NCBI RefSeq assembly: GCF_006345805.1
Contig: NC_043021.1
Coordinates: 14,322,001-14,386,000, forward strand
Reading direction: 5' to 3'
From: Octopus sinensis
Lineage: Eukaryota
Length of the DNA stretch: 64,000 nucleotides
Of the stretch, positions 12,101 to 25,717 are shown piece by piece. The notes under the pieces were generated by a model, which saw only the letters and a program-made list of their open reading frames with translations, did not search any database and was not told where the DNA came from. The translations under genes were made by a program, and so were the position numbers. Positions within the stretch are counted from its first letter, which is position 1, and every line of letters starts with the position of its first letter.

Positions 12101-14114
12101 GATTATATTCCACAAGATATTTTGTCTGACACTTCCACTGAGATTTGGTCCCAAACAGGCACATGACCAAACCCTTAATAACAAGCTTATGATCAAAAAC
12201 ATAGGACCAAACATGTGCCATGCAGATAGACTAAACTTAAAACCAGGTGATTGCAAAGCAAATTTCTTAACCATAAGACCAATTATTGTCTTTGCTGACA
12301 TGAATCTTAAACAATGGAACTGAAATTCCACTGACAAACTACAACTCCAGCATGGTCTGTCTTTAGTTCCGACAAACAAAATGTACCATATTTGAAATGT
12401 TGGCCTTAGAAATCCGTCTATACATGATCCAGTTCATCAGACAGATTATACCCAGCATAGCCTGGTTTTAGCTTTGTGTGTTTGTTCTTTAGTTATAAGG
12501 CAAAACATAAGGAAGAAACCCCTAAATAACAGATCCATGATCAAATGTAAGGGGATTAATCCCCTAAATGTAAATGATCATACATTTAGGTGACAGAACT
12601 CCAAAATGTAACAAACTTTTGATCATATATTTTAGGGAATGAAAACCCCTAAATGTAAAATCAGACCTATCTATGATTAAGCTTATTAGGGTACCAAACA
12701 CTCGAATGTAAAAGATACAAACACAGAGGACAGAAGCTTTAAGGCAAAAATAGCCAAAAGCAACATTTCCTGACAAGGGAAAAGAAATTTTTTGAACATC
12801 AGCAACTTTGATGCCATCTTCAAATTACAATCCCAAAATATTGAGTGGAGGTAGGGTGAGCAGGAAAAAAAAAAGGTCACATTGGATGATGAGGTCCTAG
12901 ATGTACAATGTTTTAATAAAAGAAGGGGTCAAAACAACAAAGGCATCTATGTCACCTCTAGTTTTTTTTGTTTCATTTATATTGTTTATCAAGGTTATTT
13001 GCAAGGATGCAAGAGAACAGGTCTACAAATTTAGACATTGACAGGAGAGCTGGGATTGATTGCCCTTCTCTTTTGTCCTTCACCACCTCCCTAACACAAA
13101 CCACTCGACTAAAATTATGATCACTATGATGACGGGACATAATTATCTATCCCATCATATGAAATTGCTTCTGGAATTAGTTTGAGCTATCAATAGAGAA
13201 CCCACCCACACACCACCACCACCCGTCCCTGAGTATTCAAGATGCCATGATGCCACCTACCAAACAAAAAAAAAGAGAAAAATAAAAGGGTTATTTTTAC
13301 TCTTGTATTTCTTTCCCCACCTGAGATGAAATGATATTCTTGCAAAAAAAAAAAAAAGACCAAAAAAAAAAAAAACAAGAAACCCCATATCTCCTCAACC
13401 TTCTTAGAAAAAGAAAAGAAATTACCAAGATGCTGTCAGTAGAACTAAGACTAGTATATCATTAGCTCAGTGAACATAAATGGCTTTGATCACAGTTTTG
13501 TCATTTAACCTCAGCTCAGCTGCACTTCAGTCACAGTTTCCCTACCACCACCCCGCTTAACCTCAACCCCCACCCCACCCTCATCTCACAGGTATCATGT
13601 CTATGTAAGATACCAAGATATCATCATATTTAAAATGTCAAAACTGCACCACCACAACCACTTCCACAAATTCTGTTTCTCTAAGATTTTCTTTCTTTAT
13701 AACTGCACACACCGACTTATTAGTTTGGGCCTGAGCCAAAACAGCTAGTATAGAATACTTCAGCAGCATACTAGTCTCAGCAGTGACTTTTATGGCTAGC
13801 TACCTAACTAACTAGCAAGTGAGCTATCTATCTGCCTACCTTTACCAGCAATACCTCCACCTAAGTGTTAAACATACCATTAATACCACCAGAAAATAGA
13901 GAACAAAACAAAAAAAAACCCAACAAACAAACAAAAAGAAAAACCAGTTCTAGTGCATTAATACTGATTTAGTACACCAATACTCAATATCCAGTGATTG
14001 AATTATAATTTACTTCACCAATCAATATGGTACATGAATGAGGTCCCATTAAAGAACTGTCAATGCACTTGACCAACTTGTTAGAAACCGCAGTCAAACA
14101 GGCCAACTATTGTC

Positions 14115-14342
14115 TTAACCCTTTAGCATTTAAACTAGCCATATCCGGCCAAAATATTCCCTCTGTTTTATGTTGAAACTAACCAGATCTGGCCTCTTAC
14201 ACCTACCCTAAAAGTTCATTCTAAAAGTATACAATCGTATTATCGAAATCTCAAAGCTACAAGATAATACACAATTAATTCAAAACAGTGTGGATAAATA
14301 AGTATTACATTTGACAGAGTAATCTGAACGCTAAAGGGTTAA
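14115..14342 (-). mobile_element. TTAA-flanked MITE, same family, inverted
   Basis: TTAA CCCTTTAGC ... GCTAAAGGG TTAA. Interior is the reverse complement of 9783-10009. Confidence 0.85.
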
Positions 14343-15809
14343 AAACAAACTGAATACCATAATACCATTGTACAAGAGATTAAGAGATTAACAAAGAGGA
14401 GATGATCACAACTCAGATGTCTGTTTGCCAGAACTGACCCAAAACTAAACAATAATGGTTGTGTTTAATACATTTCAAAACTTCTGAAAGAAATGCCCTA
14501 TCCTGCATGAGAAAGGGAAAGAGCTAGTCCCAACCCCCAACTTCAGTTTTTTTTCTTTATATTTTTAGTATTCTTGTATTTCATACAATAAACATTACGA
14601 TTCCATATTTTTCGCTCCCATTAAGGTAGAGACATCTATTCTGAAACTTTAATTTTTTCTTTCTCAAATGACATTACAAAGAACAACTCTGAATTAAGAT
14701 AATGTGCTCAATAGAAACTGATGGGTCATGTTTCAAATACTGCCCAGACCCGATACTTCAATTAATAATTATTCAAGATGCTATACATATGCCCTGAGCC
14801 AAACAAACCCAGAATAGCCTACAAGACCCACAGCCACTTGACCAGCTAGAAATACCAATCAAATCTCTCATCTCCTTCAAATCCCATGCTTTTTCATAAA
14901 AAGGGTACCAGATAATATAGTTCTTAGATTAAAGATATTTGAATAAAACCTGGGGTGGTCAACATATTACAAAAACTAAGAATGGTTTGCAGAAACAAGG
15001 ATAAGCAAGGGATAAACAATAGCACATGGCTCTTGGATGACTTTAGCAGAATCTACCATTTCAACAATTCAGTCTAGATCAGAGTCTTCTGATAATCAAC
15101 CAGTCTTAGAGACCCTATCCTTCTTCCTCTCCTTAAGCCATAAACAAGAGTGAATATATAACTTTCCCTGGCTACCACACCATGCCTCCCAGATCCAGCA
15201 TATCTTACTTTTTATGTGTTTCAGTCATTAGACTATGGCCATGCTGGGGCATTGCCTTGATAATGGTTGCAACTAGACTGCTACTGAGATAAGAGGAGGT
15301 GACAAGCAACAGGCTGTTCCTCAAGGTTTTGTTGGTGATCTCAGTCTCACAGACCAGCAATGAGCTGGACCAAACTTTCGCTGTTCAACAAAAACCATCT
15401 TACTCAGATTTATATAATACTGCCACATACTTTTGCCACTGTCCCCATGCCATCCCAGAGGTTAAATCCACAAGGCTATTCAACCACAACAGACCTTTCT
15501 CCTGAACCAGCACAGGTAAGAAACAACAGCATATAAACATTACAAACACACACACACACAGATACTTCAAGGGGGCATACTGGAAGAGATAAAAGCCATT
15601 AACGAAAGAGAAAATTTAAGTCCAAAAATAAGGTCTCTGAGCAAGAATTGAACCTGTGATGATACTAACTTGAATCAATACAAGCTCTGGTAAATGCAAG
15701 TTAATCATACACACATATACACCTTAGATGATATTTAATACAGATGTAGGATTAATCACTTAGGAATTAACTATATAAATTGTGTAAACTGTGAGGGATA
15801 TATACATAC

Positions 15810-15859
<50 letters not shown>

Positions 15860-16974
15860 GCGTATGTAGCCATGCATGGATATGTTCATATATATGTAAG
15901 CTTATCTCTGTATGTACGTTAGAAGCAATCAACCTCAGTGTACATAAGAGATTCATCATTGGGAAAGAATGTAAAATGGTTGGCAATAGAGTGGTGTTGT
16001 AAGCAGCATCTAGAATAGCAAGAATATGTTCTATGTAACAAGAGAATGTAGCACTTGAGTTATCATCTTACACCATCTTTCAGAGCAGAGAAACACATCA
16101 AGAGGCCCCCCCACTGCCACCACACACACACACATTACCCATACAAGTATATCCATCCATCCACACACACATGCACACATACACCAGCTGCTGACTCCCG
16201 TGCAAAGGAATACAAACAGCCAGCAGTTCTTTCATACCAGATCTTTTACACATATACACATTATTTATACACATACACACACATTATATGCCTATATACA
16301 TATACAAAGACATACATAGACATTCATACAGAGCTGTCTAAAAGAGTGTGCCCATGCAGCACACACAAATAAAGAGAAAGAAGAGGGGGAAAAGAGATAA
16401 AGAGAAGACAAAATTTCAATGATTATAATTATGTAATTAATAACATTTCAGTAATTGTGGTTTTATATTTTTAAAACAAATTAAGAAATAAAGATAAAAT
16501 TTACATCTTGTTTTGGCTTGCACTGGATTTTTGTTCTTATTTTCAAGCTGCTCTCTCTCTCTCTCTCTTACACACACACATACACATGCTATGAAGGTCA
16601 GAAGTAGCATGGATTCAAAGGTCGCTAAGATAGCAATGAAACGAAAGGGTTAAAAAAAGAAAGAAAAAAGGTAATCGAAGGGCTGTAAACATGCAAACTT
16701 TTGATCAGATTGTAACAGAGCAATTGATTCTGCGAGTGAAAATGACTGCCATATGATACATCTTGGTGTTTCGCTTCATGTCAGGAACTGATCAAACAGA
16801 TTTGTAATCAAAGGCATTCCAACCATGGCCAGCTTGTCCTTCCTCTAATTTATCTATGACTAAATTATCTAACGTCTCCTTCACTGTTATTTAATCTCAG
16901 GTCAGCACTGATCCAACCAGCCTATTATTGCAAATACATTGCAACCATGACCACCTTATCTTTGCCAGGTACAG

Positions 16975-17252
16975 TGAGCCCTGTAGTGAGTTCAATTCTC
17001 GGACTGGGTTGTGTGTTGAGCATGACAATTTTATTTCACATTGCTCCAGTTCACTCAACTGTAGAAATGAGTTGTGACGTCACTGGTGCCAAGCTGTATC
17101 GGCCCCTTTGCCTTTCCCTTGGATAACATTGGTGGCATGGAGAGGGGAGACTGGTATGCAAGGGAGACTGCTGGTCTTCCATAAACAACTTTACCAGGAC
17201 TTGTGCCTCAGAGGAGGAACTTTCTAGGTGAAATCCCATGGTCATTCATGAC
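16975..17252 (+). mobile_element. SINE with a family-C-like head and a different 3' half
   Basis: gagttcaattc followed by tttatttcacattgctccagttcactca, as in 5030-5150, then a distinct tail ending ggtcattcatgacc. Confidence 0.55.
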
Positions 17253-17575
17253 CCCTGGCCAATATATAAATATATATATTTGATGAGAAAGGATTGGGAA
17301 TATGTAAATGAAACGGGTTTTATTTTTCTTAATATACAAGGTAAATATTTCTATATAGATATATAAACATATTTACCTCCTATGTTAAAAAATAGGGCTT
17401 TTTATTTAAACACAAATTTAATGCATTTTCAACCCTTTTTCAATATATATATATATATATATACATTAATCTGGTGGTTTACTTGATAGTTTTGTAGAGT
17501 ACAAATTTATTCTTAAACACAAAATTTGACAGTGACTTTGAAGTTTTAGCCAGTTGAGTAATCATCAGACCTCCC

Positions 17576-17634
<59 letters not shown>

Positions 17635-18251
17635 CTTGTTATTTGCAGATGATTTTGCAGCTATTTCTAGCAGATTGAGAGACTTGTCTCATCTTCATGT
17701 TGATGTCTCCACACCACCTACCCCAACCACAGAAATCTGACTATGGACACAAACATTCTAGACTTCTGATTTTATTATTCTTTTGAAAATTGGAAAATAG
17801 TGACACAGAAGAAACTATTTTTTCTTTTTACTCCTTTGAGAAAGGGGCACTACCCACAACCCCTTTTTTTATGTCAGGGCCTCTCTGTGATCTTCACAAA
17901 AAAAAAAAGACTCAAAGAATTGCCTAGGGGTGGCACTAAACTGAGTAATGGATTACTTGTGGGGTCATTAACTTGCAAGGCATGACCCCTTCACAGACTG
18001 AAGTATTATGGGAGGTGGCTCTGTATCAGGAGTAGAGAGGCTGAAGAAAAAGGGATAGGAACATGTGTCTTGCTGTAGGGGAGATACATGAGCAGCCCAA
18101 AAGAAAATAGAGAAAGGAGAGTGATGACATACCAGAGCATGGCCTCAAGGTACGAGGTGGACAAAGAGAGAATAAGGGCAAAGCATGTATGTGCACACAC
18201 ACATTTCAGTGAAGATGGAATGAAAGAGAGGGAAAAAGAAAAGATACTTAC

Positions 18252-18334
18252 GAAGGAGATGCAAGCAGCTAGCAACAGAATTTTTACTAGCAAGTCATCA
18301 AATTGCTCCAAAATGAGTTCCCAAAGAGGTTTAC
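18252..18334 (-). CDS. SERCA: SERCA coding exon 3 (83 nt; [29 protein letters not shown]1 region)
   Basis: tcttttaatccaatag|GTAAACCT...ATCTCCTTC|gtaagt. Continues the frame from exon 2 and ends in phase 0. Confidence 0.96.
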
Positions 18335-19404
18335 CTATTGGATTAAAAGAAAGAGAAAATATGATTAAAATTTAAAAAACCAGCAATAACAAAAATTAAA
18401 AAATACAAAATAATATTTTCGATGGTCTTCTCTTGTCTTGAGACAGCATTCACCCGGGGTGGGTTGAGCTGGCTTCATTCATCTTCAATGCTGCATCTCT
18501 CACAAATGCTGACCAGACCTGGCCGGGATACCCTGCTCACCCATATTTTCGATGGGTGAGCAGGGTATCCCAATGGTATATGCAAGTCCTTATTTTCTTT
18601 ACTATTTCAATATTTTATCTGACATGCAGATAAAAAAAAAAGCACTATCATCATCATCATCATCACAACGAAGAAGCCATTATGCTGTGATGTAATGACA
18701 GAAATAAAACAAGTCCATTGAAGCAGCAATATATAACTATATTTCTAAACATCTCAAGTTCAAATTACACCAAAGCTTACACTTATCAGCCCTCCTGGGT
18801 CAATAAGATAGTGAAGTACTAAACAGAGTGAGGAGAGGGCTTGGATTTTTACTTTAGTCAACTGTACCCTCACACCACACCAAAGCTCTGGCCTAAGGCA
18901 GAAACCATTAAGTATTTTCATCGTTAACAGGGTAACGAGTAAAATTGAAAGTTGGGACATTGGATGAGCTGTCTCGAAGTATACAGTGACAGTTCTAAGT
19001 TCCGAGTTCAATCCTCGTTGAGGAAAATAAAGTACCAGTCAGGTACTTTAGGGTCCTACTTATTAGGGTTTTCCACTGTTTGTTTGTGCGGGGACAAGGT
19101 ATCTCAAGAACTGCTGGATGGATTTGGTTGAAACTTTCCGAGATGTTTGATCTTGTAACTGGCAAAAACTTATTAGATTTGGGGATCGATCTGGTATTGG
19201 ACAATTCTGAATTGCATTTCCTTTTCTTTTTTTTTTTTTAACTTAATTTTTGAGAGTGGCCAGGTTCATTTTTAGTATTCTCATTTGTAAGAGCAGTCGA
19301 GTATTTCAGATATTCTCATTTTATAAAATCATCTCTGGCTAATCATTGAGAGGATGTTGGTGTTGCTTTGGTAGAGGTTTGTGCTCTTATCATTATTATT
19401 AAGG

Positions 19405-19750
19405 TGATGAGCTGGAAAAATTGTTAGCACATTGGACAAAATGCTTAGTGGTATTTTACTCATTGCTATATTCTGAGTTCAAATTCTACTGAGGTCAGTA
19501 AATTAAGTACCCGTGAAACACTGGGGGTTTCAATGTAATTGACTAGTCCCCTCCTGCCAAATTTCAAACCATGTGCCTTTAATAGAAAGGATTATTATTA
19601 TCATTATTAAGGCAGCAAGCTGGCAGAATTGTTAGTGCAGCAAACAAAATGCTTAGTGGCATTTCTTCCAGTTTTTCACTAGAGTTCTAATTCCACCCAT
19701 GGTTGGCTCTTCCTTTCACCCTTTCAGGGTTGATAAAATAATCGTAGTGA
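19405..19750 (+). mobile_element. Two tandem SINE family B copies
   Basis: Motifs gagctggcagaat-gttag, gagttcaaattc (B-box-like) and tttcatcctttcggggtcgataaaataagtacc recur in about 17 copies across the window. Confidence 0.75.
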
Positions 19751-20239
19751 GTTGTTATTAAGAGAACCCAGTATTTAGCTTGGACCCCATTCTCTATTCC
19801 TTGAGTTCAAAACCCCATTAGAATGGTTTTAATCTTTGAGCCCTCGAGAGTACAGGTGAGTGTCATAAAATAGTAATAATATAGCAAAGATTGGTTCCAC
19901 TGACTATACCAAACTCCATAGTCTTTGGATTAGCAATACAGGTTGAGAGCTGGACAAAATGCCACACTGGATTTTAGTTACAAGTCTTTACATTCCGAGT
20001 TCAAATTGCACCAGAGTCAACTTTGCTTTTCATTCTTCCAGTTCCAATAAAAGAATTGTTTGTGTTTAGTCATCTCACAGGTTGTCTCATTCAGTAGAAC
20101 TAGGATTGAAAACAATTCATCCTTTGGGGGTTGATAAATTAAGTACCAATGAAACACTGGGGGTTGATGTAATCGACTGGCTCCCCTCCCCTAAAATTTC
20201 AAGCCTTGTACCTTTAGTAGAAAGGATTATTGTTTTGCA

Positions 20240-20880
20240 GGTAGTGTGTGAGCTGGCAGAATCATTAGCATACTGGACAAAATATATACATAGGGTAATT
20301 TGTCAGTCTTTTATGTTCCAAATACAAATTCCTCTGCAGCCAACTTTACCTCCCATCCTCTTGCAGTCGATGAAATAAGCCTCAGTTGCACATTAGGAGT
20401 TTTGTAATTGACTTATCCCTTCCCCACCAAATTTCAGGCCTTGTGCCTACAGTAGATAGGAAAATAGAAGGCATTATTTAAGGCAGCAAGCTGACAGAAT
20501 CCTTTCTACTGGAAGCACAAAACCTCAAATTTGGGGGAAGCCAATTACATCGACCTCAGTGCGTAACTGGTACTCATTTAATCGACCCCCAAAAGGACGG
20601 AAAGCAAAGCCGACCTCGGCAGAATTTGAACTCAGAATGTAATGATGGGCAAAATACAGCCAAGCATTTCATCCATCACGCTAACAAATCTGCTGGCTCG
20701 CAGCCTTAAGCAAGCTGACAGAATCTGCTAGCATGCTGGACAAAATGCTGCTAAGCATTTTGAGCTCCAATTCCACCAAGGTCAACCTTGCCTTTTTTCC
20801 TTTAGGGTTGATAAAATAAATACTAGTTGAGCACTGGGGTCAATGTAATCCCCCAAATTTCAAGCCTTGTCCCTATAAAA
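20240..20880. mobile_element. SINE family B cluster: a + copy, then a + copy interrupted by an inverted (-) copy at 20502-20709
   Basis: An exact 16-bp direct repeat, GCAAGCTGACAGAATC (20486-20501 and 20710-20725), flanks the minus-strand copy. Confidence 0.8.
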
Positions 20881-22924
20881 GAATTCTTTGCAAGACATTG
20901 CTAGATAACGCATTCATCGATATACTGTTTTTAATTTTTTGTAAGATGCTGAGAGTGATTTGAGGGAGGTTAGGCAGTTATTTCTTGCAGGTTGAATGAC
21001 CTAATGTAGCCTCCTTGTTGATTCGGTAAATACCAGAGAAATACTGATGACATTGTGTACACATCTCAGCCAACCTTCAAACTCGGTAACCTTGCATTCA
21101 AGACAGAAATGCTGCCTGTCTGGGTCATCAATACACTTCAACTGAATTGCGGGCGATGACGTCCAGAAATTCCCCCCGTCCAATATTTCACATGGTTAAA
21201 GTTACCCCATCTCATTATCATCCCTCCCACTTCTTTTAATAATTGCTAGAATATGAAGTCAGGCAAACATTAGGAGTGGAGTGGAATCAAACCATATCAA
21301 ACAACCATCTAAAAGATAATATATGATACTAATAATACTTAAATATTTTTAAATGCCACAGGATACATTTATTCATTTGGCCTTTTTCTTCTTTTTTTTA
21401 TTCCATTTCATTATGAATGGGAGGAGAGAGAGTGAGAGAGGGGGGGATATAATAAGAGAAGGAAAAGGAAAGCCACTGTTAGCGTAGGAACGCTAGTAAT
21501 ACTGACATTTCTGCTTGACTTCTTGCAAGAGATCAACTTCTATGAACCGGAAGAATGAAACAGCAATACAATAAAGACAGTGACATTTGACCAATGTTAT
21601 CACTGTTGCTGACCATAAAGACTACGAGCCGATGAAGGAAGCCAAAACATAGTCCCGCGACCTGCTAGAAATAACAGCCAAACCACCTTTAAATCATGAC
21701 TTACTATCTTGAAAATAAACATATGTTAGAGAGGTGTAGTTGTTGTATATTCAAAAATGACAGGATGGTCACAGCAGGACTGCTTTTTGATCATAGGCCT
21801 GCTTGATCAGAGTTGACTTTGGGCAAAACAACAGCAGCATATAAAGTAACTGTGTACAAAATTAAATACTGAAATGTTTAGGAACCACTACATCATCGAC
21901 TGACTGACCCAATAGATAAAATAAACAAATAAAAATTACCCCATCCTTGGTCACCAAGTTCCTGTGCTAATCCAATAATCTGGTGGATCATGGTGCTAGT
22001 GGAGGATGACTACTTGTAGTGCTGGCAGACTAAGCATTAACCCTATTAAAGGCACCAACCAGCTCCAGACCACTGACCCTGGTTCTAACATCTGACTTCC
22101 CCACATTTTAAAGGATCACCTCATCATCACTTATAAAATTTTTCATCTCTACCCCCACCACCCTCTCTTCTAAAATGAGAACAGTTATGTCACTCTTCTA
22201 CAGCAAGAAATCTGTTCTGCTCTGGCCCTTTTCCACACAATTTACTATTCTCCACTCCTTATTCTCCTACTTCAAAGTTCTCCCTCTCCACTCAAAGTTC
22301 ATAGTCTTGCAAGCTGCATGGTGATTGCATTAATGCTGGGGTCATGGAAAAAGTACCTAGTACACACTGTACAGGGGTTAGCATAAGGAAGGGCATTGAA
22401 TTGTAAAAAACATGTCAAACAGACACGGGAGCATGATGCAGCCCTTGAGCCTATTGGACTCTGCCAAAAACCAACTGGTCCATGCCAAGATGGAACATGG
22501 GCATTAAAAGATGATGATGAAGACTGACAATAAAATTTATCAAATCTATGTATGGCCTTCTTGTTCAGTTATATTAAAATACAAGTTAGACCCTTTCAAT
22601 CTGGTACTGCATGGCCTAGTATGTTTTGAACCTGCAGTCATTTGTTTTAGACTAAACTGATCATAAGACTACGATTTCAATTCTTAGACCACCCGGACTC
22701 ATTTTACATAAATCTGGTCCGCTCAGCCACAAATTTGTTGCAGTAATCACTGGGAAGTTAACACTGCAATGGACTGGCACCCCGTCCAGGGGATTGTTGT
22801 AATCTGTCACATTCTACAGAAACCAGGTTAAACTCCTACCTTATGAGTCCTGGAGCTCATGACACGGTATGTATGCTATAATGGAAGCATTTAGTTGTAT
22901 TAAACTTTGTTTTAGGTTTGCTAA

Positions 22925-22990
<66 letters not shown>

Positions 22991-23029
22991 TATACATAAA
23001 AGGGCACCATTTGAGCATGATCATTACCA

Positions 23030-23223
23030 ACGTCACCTTACTGGCACCTGTGCTGGTGGCATGTGTAAAAGGATTCGGAGTGGTTGGCATTAGGAAGGGC
23101 ATCCAGCTGTAGAAACTCTGCCAAATCAAGATTGGAGACTGGTGCAACCATCTGGTTCACCAGCCCTCAGACAAAATCGTCCAACCCATGCTAGCATGGA
23201 AAGCGGACGTTAAACGATGATGA

Positions 23224-23226
<3 letters not shown>
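23030..23226 (+). mobile_element. RTE-type 3' end fragment
   Basis: ggttggcattaggaagggcatccagctgtagaaac ... catggaaagcggacgttaaacgatgatgac. Reverse complement of the family at 10320-10640. Confidence 0.65.
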
Positions 23227-23265
<39 letters not shown>

Positions 23266-24073
23266 CGTGTGTGTGTGGAATTAGATGACAAGGGTAGGTT
23301 TACATAAGGGCTCCCCTTCAGGATCAGTCTTTATTTTCAGTATTTTACCATAATCCAGCAATGGACAAGTCCCAGGTTCGATGAATTTTAGCTGTCCAAC
23401 TTGCAGCAACTTAATTTTTTTACTAAATCTCTCTTAATCTATTTTGAGAATAATCCAAGATTTAAATGCACAGCTTGCTTGTGAATTTTTAATTCATTAA
23501 AAAAAAAAAAAAAAAAAAATGGGGGATGGCAAAATGGAAAAATATCTCTCAACCAGAAATGTAAGGATTGAAGTGTTGCAGGGATGACTATGGGGTTAGC
23601 AAGTTTAATTTACAACCACATGGTTCCAAGTTCAATCCCACTGCACGGCAGCTTGGGTGTGAGTGGCTAGCTATGAAATTGCTTAGTGCTAACTTCTTGT
23701 CATATATACATATATGCATGAACATATGATGTAATACCTATATATAACAATGCATGTAAATACAGACATACATGCACATGTATATACACAAACCTGTATG
23801 TATGTGGAGTATCTTTCACCAAGTTATTATTGACAAAGGATGTAGAGCTTGGTGAGAAAACCACAGAACAGGTTACAATTCACCACTTGGGTTCCTGAAA
23901 GTAGCTGCCATAAGACAGAGTTGTTCAATGTCAAACAGTGGGAGCACTGAATAACTGACAAGTGTTTCTTTAGCATGCACAGTTAGGGTTAAATGGCAGA
24001 GTTCAGTTGAGAATGGTTTAATTCAGAGAAGGAAAGGCAGTAGTCATGATTCTGTGATCTTTGAGACTTGTGG

Positions 24074-24382
24074 GAAGAAGCAATTGAGAACCTGGTCCAA
24101 TGGCTTGCAAAAGGTACCCCAAGACGGGGAGAGAAACAAGAGGGAGGAAAGATTGGACCCTCAACTGGCTGTTTTAGCAGACACTACATAGCAACTATCT
24201 ATTACTCCATTGGCTTCTGGTTCCACATCACCTTGAAGAAGCAATTGACAACTTGGTCCAATGGCTTGCAAAAGGTACCCCAAGACGGGGAGAAAAACAA
24301 GAGGGAGGAAAGATTGGACCCTCAACTGACTGTTTTAGCAGACACTACATAGCAATTATCTATTACTCCATTGGCTTCTGGT
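24074..24382. repeat. 161-bp tandem duplication (~1.9 copies)
   Basis: gaagaagcaattg starts at 24074 and 24235, and the units differ at only a few positions. Confidence 0.95.
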
Positions 24383-25356
24383 CCCTTCTCTCCCAAAGGG
24401 TCATATGACTAACCAACAATGCTATTTATAACACAAGGCATGCCATTTAGCAGTAAACTCTCAGTAACATACTTATATAATCCAGATTTAAATCCAATTT
24501 CAAACCATATAATTTCAAATGCATTGTTCAAACAGGAGAAAAGCAAAATACAATGGCCTTTATTTTTAAAAACTATGTGGGCATAGCATGGCCCTTTTTC
24601 AAATAGTGGTGAAAGAGTTGTGGACAGCTTTTGAGGAAGACCGAAAAGAACAAAGACTTTTTTTTTTTTTTTTTTTTGTTTTTTTTTACTCTCCATTATT
24701 TATCATCACACGTAGAAATTTCAGACTTGAATATTCCCAGCTGTTGCTCACTTCAACAAAGCTACCCACAGTTTTTGTTTAATAATTAAAAATATATAAA
24801 TAAGCCACAATTGATTTAAGATCCTGAAATATGGTAGGTAGCTGGGTGCAAAACAAAAAAAATCTCATTTTCCTGTAACAGGTTGACATGGTACACAAAA
24901 GCAGAACCAATAGTTAACTATTGTACCAAGGCAGTGCTACATGTGATGTAGCAAGATGACCATCACTTCATCAAGATGACCATCACCAAACCAGCCCTAT
25001 ATGTGATGTGGGAAGTTGACCACTACTGCACTAGACTGGTGCTGCATGTGATATTGCAAAGAGACCATCACTACACTAGGCAACTCCACATGAGGTCACA
25101 AGTTGACCAGCAATTCACCAAACCAGCCCTACATTATATTAGAATTATATTATTATAGTTAGGTGGCAAGCTGGCAGAATTATTAACATTTTGAACAATG
25201 TTTAGCGACATTTCTTTTAGTTCTATGGTCAACCTTTCTTTATGTTAACTTTGCCTTTCATCTTGAAGGGGGGGGTCAATAAAATAAGTACCAGTCAAGT
25301 ACTGGTATCAATAGACTTACTCCCTTAAAATTGCTGGCCTTGTGCCAACATTTGTA

Positions 25357-25394
<38 letters not shown>

Positions 25395-25699
25395 ATTAGA
25401 ACTATTATTATTAACGACATTGTTATATTACTGAAAGTTTGGTCTTTTGATTCATTTGCGATCTATTCTTGGCATTAAGACTTAATTCCATCTTTTAACT
25501 AATAAAAGCAAACAAAAACAAAAAGAAAAATGTTTTGTTTTTCTTTGTCCAACTGTGAAAAATACATTGCAAATAAAAGCTGTCAAACCGTCTCAATCGA
25601 TCATTTGCCGAAGTTAAGTGAAACAGAAAGATGTTGAGAACAACAGCATGAAGGATGGAAGAATGGAGTAAATGGAAGGAAGAAACCGAGTCAACCTAC

Positions 25700-25717
25700 C
25701 TTCCTCAGCCGGCAGTT
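25700..25717 (-). CDS. SERCA: SERCA coding exon 2, 18-nt micro-exon (ELPAEEG)
   Basis: tttctctttccag|AACTGCCGGCTGAGGAAG|gtaggt. Phase 1 in and out, restoring the conserved GPNELPAEEGK motif. Confidence 0.95.

Noticed and set aside
12520-12690. CCCTAAA/TTTAGGG as interstitial telomere repeats
   Set aside because: The motifs are isolated rather than tandem, and the expected molluscan repeat is TTAGGG.
15300-15520. AVPQG, resembling the LINE RT GVPQG motif, plus a strong + strand donor cag|gtaaga
   Set aside because: The flanking residues do not fit the RT consensus and no partner signals were found.
21001-21183. 60-aa Cys-containing ORF (DDPDRQHFCLECKV)
   Set aside because: It has a non-ATG start, no recognisable domain and no convincing splice sites.
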